This document shows, in pieces, positions 1-11,981 of a stretch of 64,000 bases of DNA; within the stretch, counting starts at the first letter, position 1; each line of letters starts with the position of its first letter. The notes beneath the pieces are model-generated. The model was not told the origin of the DNA and searched no databases. It worked only from the letters and a program-made list of their open reading frames with translations. The DNA is taken from NCBI RefSeq assembly GCF_018977255.1, contig NW_024704742.1, forward strand, positions 101,062,001 through 101,126,000, given 5' to 3'. The position numbers were made by a program, and so were the translations under genes. This DNA comes from Callorhinchus milii (taxonomy: Eukaryota).

Positions 1-1829
1 GCAGTGTCAATTACTTTGAGACATCCTCACAATCTGAATGATGCTATAGAAATGAAAATGATATTGTATTTCATGATACAATCCTCCATTTGTTGACAAA
101 TTTGCAGACCTTGGATCTTCTCATAAAGTACAGCTTGTCAGTAACTAATGGGTTTGTTGATGATTACAGTGATGGAGGTGTCCCTGGGCTTCTCTGCTTT
201 GGGAGTGCTGTTGAGGCCATGTCATGCATATAATTGGAACATGCGAGTGTGAGTGGAACCTCATTATATTCATAAGATCCCAACACCATGTTATAATGAG
301 GTGTGATATTTGTGCAGCCAACCAGCTCCCAACCTATGTGCAGTTTGGTTCTCACGGTAATAGAATAATGGGCCACTCCTGGGCCATAAGGTCACCCCAA
401 TATTACTTCCTGGTTACTGTGCACACACAAACAGGAAGCAACATTGGTGGTTACCTAATCACTCGGAAGTAGTCTAGACTTCTACACCAAATGCAAGGAT
501 AATTATTATCTTTCCCTTCATGTCAAGCTGTTCATTTATCTAAGGTAATGAGTCCTTGTGTCTTCCTCAGGAAGTGATCCAGCAGACTGCTTCATACACT
601 TTGGGAGTTAAATGTAACCTGATTGATAAAATAGCTTTATTTCTTACGAATAAGATTTTCCAATTTTCCAGTGAAAAATCACTACTGCATTTTTAGTGAT
701 CAACTTAAATGACCCCATTTAAATTTAGATGGAGAAACATGAACTCATTCCAACCAAACCCTGTTGTGTCTGTCCTGGCTCTTTTAAGAGCAATCTTTTC
801 AGGTCCATTTACCTGCTCATATGCTTGCATTTCATTTTTAGGTATTTATCTAATTTCCTTTATTTCTAATGTATTTATCACAGCTGGTTTCATGACCTAT
901 TTGTGAATGGAAGTGTTGGACTTTGCTGTAGTGAGCGGAGAGGGGATAATGTATCTCCTTCCCATTAGCAGTGAATGTTTGCACTAGCTGCACATTGTCA
1001 GATATCTTCAATCAGCCAGGAGCAGCAACAGCCAAACAAGATTGTCTAGCTTTACCCACTGTCTAACAGACACTGTGCCTGCTGCCAAAGGCATCTGATG
1101 CTAATACTGTATGCAAATAGTAGAAAAATGTTCCAATCATTTCGATGATACTATTGTTTTGCTAAGTACATACTGTCATTCACAGTAAATACTTAAAATT
1201 CAGCATAGGATCAACTATTTATATTTTGTGCACTTTATATTAGAGCCGCACATATTTCTGCACAACAGAAGCGATTCTAATGTCGTATAAAGGAAATTTG
1301 GAAGCCAGATTTCATATTATGGATCTAACTTGTTGTCTCAATTAAGAAATTCCTTAAATATTTTATATAAAAATATAAAAGATTTACAAGACAGAAGAAG
1401 GCCATTCAATTGATGCGGAAACTGAAAGTTGTTTTGCAAATTTTGAATGCTTTCATAATATACATCATTTTTGTCTTGATAAAATCCAACTAATTTTCTA
1501 ATTTTCCACAGATTTAGGAAATTTAGAATGTGTAGGAAGACAATTATTATCTTTTTTACTTCCCTGCCGCATTCTACCCACCTCCAAATTTCTCTTCACC
1601 CCTCTTGAAGGTTTCTAACTCATTCAGGTATTGGGGTCTACTTATATCTATCACTCTCTAGTACTTTGCCCAAGTGGTCTTCTTTTATGTGAGAAATGAT
1701 ACAATGAGAACTGATACGTCGTAACCGACAACTTCATGACCCACAGAGGAAAGAGTACTATCAATTTAGCCAGACTCCAGCAGAGGTCACTGGTGAACAA
1801 TCCGGAACCAAGGGGCCTGAGGCTAGTTG

Positions 1830-2082
1830 TAATAATAATAATCCTTGTATTTGATATAGCACTTTTCACGTCGGGAGGACGTCCCAAAGCGCTTCACAGA
1901 ACACACTGTAAAGTGAATTGACTGTATATTTGTGGGCGAACGCGGCAGCGAATTGCGCATAGCAATGTCCCACAAACAGTCGTAGATTGAAAATGACCAA
2001 TTTAATTATTGTTTTGGGTTTTTGGAGGAATTATTATTAGGCGTGTGGAGCAAGGAAACTTGCCCAAGGTTTCGCCCTGCCT
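1830..2082 (-). mobile_element. Young tRNA-derived SINE (subfamily A), lacking the tRNA head
   Basis: Near-identical to the body and tail of the full copy at 6075-6399; has a (TTA)n tail. Confidence 0.9.
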
Positions 2083-2899
2083 TTGTACTGTACTTTACTG
2101 CCCTTATTCCCACCCTGGTTAACATCAGTGAATACTGCATGAACAAGGACAAGATATTCTTTTAACTGTTTAATTCATAGGATTAAATTGAATTGAACTG
2201 CAAAAGGCCTTTTTATAAATTGTGATTTAAATGCTACTCTTGTTTTTTTGAGACAATGCCTGAAGAATTTATAGGGAACAATGATAAATAATCCTTGCAT
2301 TAGATGTCAAAACTTTACATAGGTGTAAAGTGCAGTGACTGTGTATTTTATAAACAAACAAATTTCAAACAGAATCATGAATCGATGCTTCATAATTGAT
2401 AATCATAATAATAATATTTTTGCATTTGATATCAATATCAAGAGGATGCCTCAAAATGATTCACATGAATTGCTGTAAAGTTTAATGACTATATTTTGTA
2501 AGCAAATGAGGCAGCCAATTTGTACGCAATAATAATTCATAATTTGGAGAACATTTATAAATAAGCTCAGATTCTGGGAGACATATAAAAGTTAATTCAA
2601 TAATTTCTGATATTGATTTTGTCAAAACTTCCCTTATATAATGATGTAAAACTTTATTGTGATCCGTACAGAAAAATTGCCCAAGCTATCAGCTTGGAAT
2701 GTGGTGAGTCATACTTCTATGCATGACTCAGACTGAGGTTATAGATCTAACAAAAAAAGTACAACGCTTGATAGATAGGTCTATAAAATAAGATGAGCAA
2801 TTGGCAACTTGCTAATCGGAATTAATACAGAGCTGTCAGATGTTTTAATGATACTCAGGAGCCAGTGAACAAATTTACAGCTTTATCAGCTTTGGGTAT

Positions 2900-3130
2900 A
2901 AACTTGTCTTAAGTGGAAGCATTCATGCCCCTTGGTCAAAAGGCTGTAGGTTGCAATCCCACCTTATGACTTGAGCTCATGATCTGAAATGACCTTTCAG
3001 TACAGTACTGGGGGAGCGCTGCTATGTCAGAAGTGCTGTCCTTTGGATGAGAGCATTTACCAAAAATACAGTCACCATAATTTATAGTAAACCCAGTGAA
3101 ACACTTTGAGACTTCTCAATGGTGTGATTA
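2900..3130 (+). mobile_element. Old Deu-domain SINE, degenerate
   Basis: tRNA-like head followed by Deu-like core (cagtacagtactg...gtgctgtcctttggatgag), similar to 35933-36346. Confidence 0.6.
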
Positions 3131-3283
3131 TTAAACCACGATCACATCTGTCTGTTCAAGTGTATTCTATTTGAAAAGAAGATGAAATTTCATTCTGGGT
3201 TGTAGACAACAATACGCCCACAAAATATACAATTCTCTTTACAGTATATTCTGTGGAGTGCTTTGAGACATTTAGAAGAAGTG

Positions 3284-3607
3284 ATAATAATAATAATAAT
3301 AATCCTTGCATTTGATATAGCGCTTTTCACGTCAGGAGGACGTCCCAAAGCGCTGCACAGAACACACTGTAAAGTGAATTGACTGTATATTTGTGGGCGA
3401 ACGCGGCAGCCAATTGCGCACAGCAATGTCCCACAAACAGTCGTAAATTGAAAATGACCAATTTATTATTGTTTTGGTTTTGGAGGGATTATTATTAGGT
3501 GTGTGGAGTAAGGAAACTTGCCCAAGGTTTCGCCCTCTGCCTGAAATTGAACTCAGGTCTCTTGCTTGCAAAGCGAGCGCTCTAACCACTGAGCTACAGG
3601 ACTCCAC
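3284..3607 (-). mobile_element. Full-length young SINE (subfamily A) nested in an older plus-strand SINE tail (~3215-3647)
   Basis: tRNA head, CCTTGGGCAAGTTTCC core, L2-like tail; the older tail resumes at ~3610 (aaggtgctatatcaaatgcaagg). Confidence 0.92.
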
Positions 3608-3933
3608 GGTAAGGTGCTATATCAAATGCAAGGATTATTATTATTACTGTGCACAAATTAACTACCACATTAGCTACACGTACACAGTTACCACACTTGA
3701 CATCAGTTATGTGTTGATGTTATAAACTCTATATCAAATGCAAGGATTATTGCCATTGTCTTGCACATTTTACCTATGCTTATTCAACACCCTTAGAGAT
3801 AAACCTTTAGAATCCCAGTTGATCACTAATATAGTCCTTCAGCTGGATTTCACTACAGCTCATTGGACCATGTGTTTCAGAAATTCTTGAGATCAAACGC
3901 TACTCTATATGTAATGTCCAGGACAATATAGAT

Positions 3934-4149
3934 CAGTGGTGCCCACCCCATGGCCTGGAAGTGGCCCACGAGGCCATAAAGAAATGCCCCCCCAACCATT
4001 CGCTCAAGTCTAGGTAAATTTGTGTTCAATCAATATTGCGCTTCCAGTTTTTTCTTGACTGAATATTTCTTGCTTTATGGCACACATCAAGAAATATTCA
4101 ATCAAGAAAATGTATTTTGTTGGTCAACCAAAAAGGTTGCCCACCACTG
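3934..4149. mobile_element. Non-autonomous hAT (Charlie-like) MITE
   Basis: Ends CAGTGGTGCCCACC / GGTTGCCCACCACTG; 8-bp flanks atatagat / gtatagat; internal palindrome. Confidence 0.8.
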
Positions 4150-4209
4150 GTATAGATAATACCTTCAACCATCCATTGACCTGTAGAAATTCACTTCATT
4201 CAATTCGAA

Positions 4210-4370
4210 CATGCCTTCAGTCACCCTCCCACCTCTCTTCCTTCCCTCACCCCTACCCTACCCCTCCCCCATGCTCGGGTCCTGACCCCCTGACTGTCCA
4301 GCACCTTGGGACGTCCTCTCGACCTGAAAGGCGCTCTATAAATGTAATTTTGCTGCTGTTGTTGATTGTT
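4210..4370 (+). mobile_element. L2 LINE 3' tail
   Basis: C-rich 3'UTR, then cagcaccttgggacgtcc...aaggcgctctataaatgtaa and (TTG)n. Confidence 0.85.
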
Positions 4371-4372
4371 GT

Positions 4373-4740
4373 GGGAGTCCTGTAGCTCAGGTTAAAGCAC
4401 TTGCCTTGCAAGCAGGAGACCTGGGTTCAATTCCCAGCAGAGCAAAATGTTGGGCAAGTTCCCTTACTCCACACGCCTCTGTTAAGCTAGCAGTAAGTAG
4501 AAACCCAGTTGTTAGTCAATTGGTGGATCACTTTTCTGGAGGTAATAATTCCTTCAAAAAAAAATTTTGTCACTTCAATCCACGACTGTTTGTGGGACAC
4601 CGCTGTGTGCAATTGGCTGCCACGTTTCTCCCACAAAATATACAGTCAATTCACTTCACATTATATTCTGTGAAGCACTTTGAGATGTCTCAAAGACATG
4701 ATAAAGTGCTATATAAAATGCAAGGATTAGAATTATTATT
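4373..4740 (+). mobile_element. tRNA-derived SINE, longer subfamily B
   Basis: Same head and tail as subfamily A plus an extra ~60-nt internal block (ctgttaagctagcagtaagtagaaacccag...). Confidence 0.88.
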
Positions 4741-5571
4741 GTTGCTATTTCCTTGGTGCAACATACATTTTGACATTGTTGATGCATGTTGTGAGTGTGG
4801 TCACTGTAGACAATACACGTTACCTGGATGGATGGCCCGACTTCACTTGCGAAGAGAATACATGGAATAGTTTAGGAGTATCATGTGGTAAAATGACAGC
4901 ATCCTTAAAATTATTTAGCTGTATTTATATTTTCCAACTTTTCTTTCTATCCTTTAATTCCGTTATAATCTTTGCATTACCTGTTTTAACACCTCAATTG
5001 GCTGTGATCCTCTCACATCTCACTTCAATCAAACCTCATGTTTACCCAGCATCTCATCATAGCTGATTCTCTTCAAACCAGGTATCATACTGTGAATTGA
5101 CATCAAAATTTCACTCCTCGCCTCAGCACAATGCTTGAGCCTGTGGATTTCAATGCTCCTTTAACTAGCTCCTTCCACAGCAAACAGCATTTTTGTGCAG
5201 CTACAAAGAGGATACTTATTTGGTTTAAATCAATCAGTATTCTTTGATGCAACACTGAAATGGTACCTCCCAGATCAGGACAAGGGCTTTAGAGCTCATT
5301 AGGCTAAACTGGAATCCTACTGGTCTTCAAAGTCACTGGTGGGAGGAGGAGATTGTTCATTCCCAACCTGGCGATAGTTAAAGACAAGTGAGGATTCCCA
5401 GTTTTTGACGAATTGATAAATTATTCCTTATTTTAGGAATGTCATTACTTATGAAATTGAATATATTTAGGGATTTTCCCCACAGTGATTTTTCAGATTA
5501 GTTTCAATTTTATAAATTCTTTGTTATGCAGAGATTAAAGTTTCCAGTCCTGATCTTACTGACTGCTTTTT

Positions 5572-5980
5572 AATAAAATAATAATCCTTGCATTTGATAT
5601 AACATCTTATCACGTCTTCAAGACTTCTCAAAGCGCTTCACGCAATATACTATAAAGTGAATTGACTGTATATATTTGGGGCAGCCAATTGCAGTGTCCA
5701 CAAACAGTCGTGGATTGAAGCGACCACATTTTTTTTAAGGAATTTTTACCCCTGGAAAAGCGATCCGCCAATTGACCAACAACCAGGTCCCTACTTACTA
5801 CTACATCAAGATTCCATTTTTTTTAATACTAGGTATTAATTACTAGGTAGGCATTTTTTTAATTACTAGGTAGGCATGTGGAGTAAGGAAACTTACCCAA
5901 TGTTTTGCCCTGCTGGGTTTTGAACGCCGGTCTCTCGCTTGTGAGGCTAGTGCTCTAACCACTGAGCTACAGACTCCCAC
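5572..5980 (-). mobile_element. SINE subfamily B with internal short duplications
   Basis: Head at ~5910-5980; repeated attactaggtaggca units. Confidence 0.85.
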
Positions 5981-6074
5981 GCTTTCTGAATCTCTTGAAA
6001 CATCCCCAAGGTACCACTCCCTTAAGTAACTAGGGGAAGCAACTCTACAAACAACTCTTTACTGCATATCATGC

Positions 6075-6399
6075 AGTCCTGTAGCTCAGTGGTTAGAGCA
6101 CTCGCTTTGCAAGCGAGAGACCTGAGTTCAATTCCAGGCAGGGCAAAACCTTGGGCAAGTTTCCTTACTCCACACAGAGCCTAATAATAACCCCTCCAAA
6201 AAACAAAAACAATAATAAATTGTTCATTTTCAATCTACGACTGTTTGTGGGACATTGCTGTGCGCAATTGGCTGCCGCGTTCGCCCACAAATATACAGTC
6301 AATTCACTTTACAGTGTGTTCTGTGAAGCGCTTTGGGACGTCCTCCCGACGTGAAAAGCGCTATATCAAATGCAAGGATTATTATTATTATTATTATTA
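6075..6399 (+). mobile_element. Full-length young SINE (subfamily A): tRNA-Ala-like head, CORE-like block, Deu 3' part, L2 tail
   Basis: A box TAGCTCAGTGG, B box GAGTTCAATTC, anticodon arm CTCGC-TTTGCAA-GCGAG, (TTA)n tail. Confidence 0.93.
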
Positions 6400-6442
6400 T
6401 CTTAATCAAACATCAGTTCCTTAGTCCATTTCAGTATATAAT

Positions 6443-6836
6443 GATCCTTGCATTTAATAAAATACCTTGATACATCATTAAAATGTCTCAAAGTATGTCA
6501 CAGGATTTGCCTGCCAACTCATAGCCAATCAGTACACAACAATGTCCCACAAACAACTTTGAAGTGAATAATCAAATTTATTGAGGAATTGTTGGCCACG
6601 ATACCAGAAGAAACTCCATTCTCTTTTCAAATTGTGCCATCCACTTGGACAGGCAGACGAGACCCGAGTTTAATTTCTCATCTGAATGACACCACCTCCA
6701 ACAATGCAGCGCATTGAACGCAGTAATATATTGGAGTGTCATCTTAGACAGTGAGCTTGAAGTCCCGATGTGGGGCATGAACCAACAACCTTCTGACTCT
6801 GAGTCAAGATTGCTACCAATGGAGCCAGTCTGACAC
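6443..6836 (-). mobile_element. Old Deu-domain SINE
   Basis: Reverse complement shows a tRNA head, Deu core and L2-like tail; homologous to 44028-44452. Confidence 0.75.
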
Positions 6837-7425
6837 CCCACTATCTCAAGATGGTGAGGGAAAATAGTGGAACATGTACTGATCAAGGGGAAGAATGCTG
6901 CAGCAAAGAGTGTAATTATAATTTTCATTGTCATCAGGTCCCAGAAGAGGTGTCAACATTTTGACATGACCCCCACAGTGCTACAAAGTAATAGCAATGA
7001 AAAACTGTAAATGTAAACCAAAATAGAGTGAGAAGCAAGAATTTGTTTGGTTCCTGCCACAGACTGTTGATTCTAGCACTGCACAATGGGAGGAAACTGA
7101 TGGCAGGGGACACACCATTGTGCAGATGTTCATTTTGTCCCTTTGCACTGTTTCTGTGTCACCTCAACCTAAAATAATCAAATTGGTGACAATTCAAGCA
7201 TTGGGGATTTAGCTGAAAATAAAGCAGATGTCAGGAATTTTAGGTTTTAAATTTGTTTTGGCTTCCTTTGTTGCTGGCGAGACACTTGATTTAGCTCCAC
7301 TTAATCCCAGCCTGCTGCTAGGTAACTACTATGGTCCATGTGGAGAAGTAGTTGCACATTTATTTGTTTAAATGCACTTAGGTTTGAATAAGGTTGGTAG
7401 GTAAACTCAACTGAAAATAATGTGA

Positions 7426-7865
7426 TTGAACCTCTGCAATCCAGCTTCCATGCTGCCTACAGTACCGAGACTGCCCTGATCGAAGTCACCAATGACATTC
7501 TCTCCATTTGTGACCAGTCCTCTCTGCCTCCTCGTCCTTGACCTCTCTGCCATCTTCAAAACTGTCAACCATTTTTTCCTTCTCCACCACTTCTCCTCTC
7601 AGCTCCATTGCTGAACTTTCCTAGTTTCATTCTTACCTATCCCAAAGTCTTCACTTCGTATCTGCCAATCGTTTCTCCTCTTGCCCCTGCACCATCACTT
7701 GTGGCATTTCTCAGGGCTCTGTCCTCACTCTTTAATATCTGCACGCTCCCACTCAGTGATGCCTTCCACAGACATGGAGTTAACTTCTACATTTATGCAG
7801 ATGACACCCGACTCAATCTCTCTGCCTCCACCTTTGATTCCAGGACCACTATATGATGGACTTTC
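7426..7865 (+). mobile_element. L2 reverse-transcriptase fragment, decayed
   Basis: Translates to EPLQSSFHAAYSTETALIEVTNDIL and RHGVNFYIYADDTRL (YADD motif), with frameshifts. Confidence 0.85.
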
Positions 7866-9121
7866 TCCAGTTGAATGTCCAGAAAGCAGAGGCCCTCCTG
7901 CTTGGCTCCCGTCAACGCCCACAAACAGTCATGGCCAATTTTATTTGGGGGATTGTTGGCCAGGACACTGGGAGAAATTTCCTTCTCTTAAGGCAGTAAT
8001 TACTTTTCAGGTCAGGGGAACATCTCAAAAATGCTTCTTTTTTATAAAGTGTAGTAACTGTGTATTTGTTAGCTGATTAAACTCAATAAAAATGGGCCAA
8101 ATCTATGCAGTACTTGGTGATTTTTAAAAGAATTGATGCATTTTAGTGAACATCTAAACTCTATTCTTTGTAGGAAACAAACTGACTTAAAAAGCTATGG
8201 TGCTAGGTGATATCCCTCCCCCTCACCCCACTTAGATTGACTGTATCTACTCTGTTCATCATCAGTGTTAGTTTTGGCTGGAAAAAAAACATTTAGAAAA
8301 TGTTCTCTGTACCTTATTGATTCATGTAAGGCTCCCATACACAGCAAGATTCAGGCAGATGCACTTTATCTTCCAAATATCTGCTGTCAGCATTACCAGC
8401 TGATTCTTGTTTGACATCAGAGATTGCATTGGTTTTCTTTTGCCAAATATGTTTTGTCTCTTTTAACCCAAGAATGGTTAACAGAGATTTTTAAATGTGT
8501 TGACAATAAAGTGCATCCTAATAAATCTGGCTCCGTTGCTGTTAATAGTGTTATCCATACAAGCAGGCATTGGGCTAAGACAAAGATAATTGTTTTACCC
8601 TCAGCTCAGATGTTCATCTACAAAAAAATACACATTAAATCATGTGAATCGCTTTGAGAAGTCCTCCAGACATGAAAGGTGCTATATCAAATGTAAGGAT
8701 TTTTACAAAGTTAAGGGTTTATTCTCTGTTTCACCTATTCAATTTGGTGGGAAGCTATGTTTAATTCTTAATGAATTTTTCATTTTTGTAAATAAATAAT
8801 TCAAATCTAAATTGGAAAAAGTGTTTTCTGGGCATTTTTCACCACTCATCTAAAGATCCAGCCTAGAAAATTACTGAAACACAAAGAAGGACTTGACTCT
8901 CTGAGAGTCAGAAAAGAAAAAAAAAAATCTTTTAGTTAGTCAGGAAAGATCACCGAAAGCACAGGTAAAAAGATAATTCTTAAGGGCGATTTTAAAAGTG
9001 GGTAAAGAGGGGACAATGCTGAGAAACTGCAGAGGCAGAATATCTGAAAGTTCACCAACTGATGGTCCGGAGGTTTGGGTGAGGGATAATGAAGCAAATG
9101 ACGGCCCTTTCAATAAAAACA

Positions 9122-9198
9122 TGGTAACTTGGCAGGGATAGTATTGTAAATTGGTATTATAAATTGGTAACTTGGCAGGAATAGTATTGGATAAATTG
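9122..9198. repeat. ~43-bp tandem duplication
   Basis: tggtaacttggcagg(g/a)atagtattg occurs twice. Confidence 0.8.
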
Positions 9199-10219
9199 CT
9201 TGTTGAATTAGACGAAGATAACAAATAAGTTCCATCCCTTATTAGCAAAGTGAAAATGAATAAACATACATGGTTCGCCTGAAATTTAAATTTGACAAAT
9301 TGTTCTGAATTGATAGCAGACATTCAATAAAATCCCCCAAAAAACAGTGAATTCTACAATTTGTGAATATTCTCTGCCTGTTTCTTCATCAACAATTTTA
9401 TCCAGAGGGATTTCATCTAATGTTTGATTTATTTAAAAAATAGAATCATGTTTGCAGACAGCAGTTCAAACTTCTGTGTCTTAAAAGGTCAATAAAGACC
9501 ATTAGCACAGAGTGTAGGAGGCATTTTATTAGTGCAATCATGGTTAAAATTCATCTAGCGTAGAATTTCCATGAAATATTTATGATCCCAGTTGTTTCAC
9601 AGTATTAAACAAGAAGTAAACGATCATAATCTATTTGCTTCAAATTCTTTTGCAGGGTTCTAGGGAGCCTGGTAAGTCTTCCTACAGTCCCACATATTAT
9701 TACAATACACAATATTACATTTATATAGCACCTTTCACAACTGGAGGTGGCATTCAAAGCACTTCACACAGCAAGCTGACTGGGCACCCTAGCTGGGTGG
9801 GGGAAGGCAGTTAGGGAGTGAAGGTGGACAGCAGGGGAGAAGATGACTGAAAGCACAGTTAGTCTTTTTTCTCCTTACTACTCCATCGAAAGCAGCATAT
9901 TAGATCATGACAGTCCATTTGTAATGCCATTTTTTCCTTATTATAGGAATAACTGTTCACTGTAACAGGTTAAATGGGCAACAAATGATCCATTTTCAGC
10001 CATTCGCTATTTTAGTAGAAGAGTAATTACATGATACTAAAGTGGCTCAGCTAACTAAGTATATTAAAGTAACACTATTGCTAAATTGGCATCCATTCCA
10101 TCAGTGCTAACCTGTGCGATATTTTATTAACTTTTGCCTTTATGTTTTAATCAATTTTTATATTCCTGCTTTGAATCTTCCCTGTCATTGAGCTGTACTT
10201 CAGTCAGTAAAGGAGATGG

Positions 10220-10422
10220 TCTGGGTCACCACAATTCCTAGATGCCTCCTCATGTTTAATTCCAGGGCACTGCTATTGACATCCACCAGACTGACTCATC
10301 ATCAGTACTTCAAAGTGCAGACCAGTCACTGGGGGCAGGGGCTCTTTCCACTCACTTCCATTGACCATGTAAGCCAAACCCCTAATGGGTAGGGTGGTCC
10401 CACCTGGACACGCAGCGGGAAA
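10220..10422 (+). repeat. Fragment of the unclassified dispersed repeat (see 25205-25940)
   Basis: gcagaccagtcactgggg...cctaatgggtagggtggtcc matches 25520-25630. Confidence 0.7.
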
Positions 10423-10424
10423 TC

Positions 10425-10640
10425 ACCCATCAAGTGATTTTTTATTTGGGGGATTATTAGTCAGGACACTGGGAGAAACTCCCTTCTCTTTTCGAATAGT
10501 GCCATTGGATCTTTAATGTCCTCCAGAATAGCACATGGGACCTCATCTTATCCAAAGGACAGCACCTCCAACAAAGCAAAACACCCACAGCACTGCATCG
10601 GAGTGCCATTTGGGGCTATGTGAGTTCAAGTTCCGATGAT
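10425..10640 (-). mobile_element. Old Deu-SINE fragment
   Basis: caggacactgggagaaactcc...tcgaatagtgccattggatctttaatgtcc...cagcacctccaacaa. Confidence 0.65.
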
Positions 10641-11162
10641 TAGGCGGGTGACATAAATGTCAAAAGTACACAATCTGTCTCTTTAATTACAATCATTTTT
10701 ACTGTCGTTGTGAATGTATTTTAGCAATCAATTGGTACATACATAGCAGTAATGTTACAATTGGGAAAAGTGGTATTATTTCTGAACCATTTGTCACAGG
10801 TGTTGCATATTGTAATTGGACATTGACAATGGGAAGCAAGTAAGTATACAAGCATTCTGGGAACTTGACTGGGCAGATTGTGGAAGAGAGTGGAAGTGTA
10901 AGGTTTAAATAAAGGGACTAGTAAATCTAAACTGTGTTTTGGATTTACAAACATAATAGAAGGTGTCCTTCTGGAGAAAAAGTGCCATTCCCTACTGGGG
11001 AATTTCCATGTGTAGGTGGAAAGCATGAAACTCACAGTTTGCTTTGGATACTCTGAAACAGTGTGCATGCCTGCCAACTCCACACAATGCATTGACTGCC
11101 CACTGAACCAAACAATACATCATTATTGTATAATTGAGTGGTTACTGGCTTAACCCAGTTAA

Positions 11163-11226
11163 GTCTAACCATTGTGAGAGTCGAGGTCTATCCACTGTGA
11201 CAGTCAGAGTCTAACCACTGTGACAG
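11163..11226. repeat. Minisatellite, ~22 bp x3
   Basis: gtcta(a/t)cca(c/t)tgtga(c/g)ag repeated three times. Confidence 0.7.
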
Positions 11227-11379
11227 ATTGTACTGACCCAACACTGTACTGTTGTTTGCATGGATTGGACACAGTGAAGCTAAGATAATGTAAATTGTGT
11301 ATAAAAAAAACCTTCAGATTTCTGGCTTTTGTCTCGTTTCAGATTTCCCTAAACAAGTATAAACAAAAATGTTTGTTTG

Positions 11380-11840
11380 TTGGCTCACTTGGTAGCAGTT
11401 TCGCCTCTGAATCGGAAGATTGTGATTTCAAATCCCATGTCAGGATTTTCAACTCACTTCTGCAGTGAAGTTCATAGGAGATCCCAAAATTACACTGTTG
11501 GAAGTGATGTCCTTCAGATGAGATGTTAAACCAAAGTCCTGTTTCAGTGAGTCTTAAAGATCACAAACCACTACAATAACAAACAACATCTTGCACTGAT
11601 ATATACCCTTCACATGTGTAGCATCTCAGAGCACTATTCAGGAAGAAAAAAGTGTTTCTCCAGGTATTTCTCCTGGAGCAAATATTCTCCTTCCCTTCTT
11701 CCCAAAAAATGATCATTCATTTCATGGCTGTTTCTGGGACATTGCTGTGCATAAGTTGCATTAGCCTAGAAATTTAGATTCATCACAAGAAATGTTGTTT
11801 GAATATGATAAGATGTTATGTTAACTGCAAGGATTATTAT
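11380..11840 (+). mobile_element. Old Deu-SINE, degenerate
   Basis: tRNA-like head (ggctcacttggtagca...gcctctgaatcggaag), Deu core and tail remnant. Confidence 0.6.
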
Positions 11841-11981
11841 TTTAAAACAAATTTCAGTAATTTGTAACACATTATCTTGTTTCATTAAAAGGACATGTGC
11901 TCCTTGAATGGATGGAACTTACCAAGGGGAAAGCTGAAAGAGATTTAGGGGTGTTAGCTGACTCATCTCTCACTATGACAT

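Noticed and set aside
6076..6144. tRNA-Ala(TGC)-like cloverleaf, also at other SINE heads
   Set aside because: Always fused to a SINE body and tail, with an imperfect T-arm and anticodon-loop variation between copies; a SINE head, not a tRNA gene.
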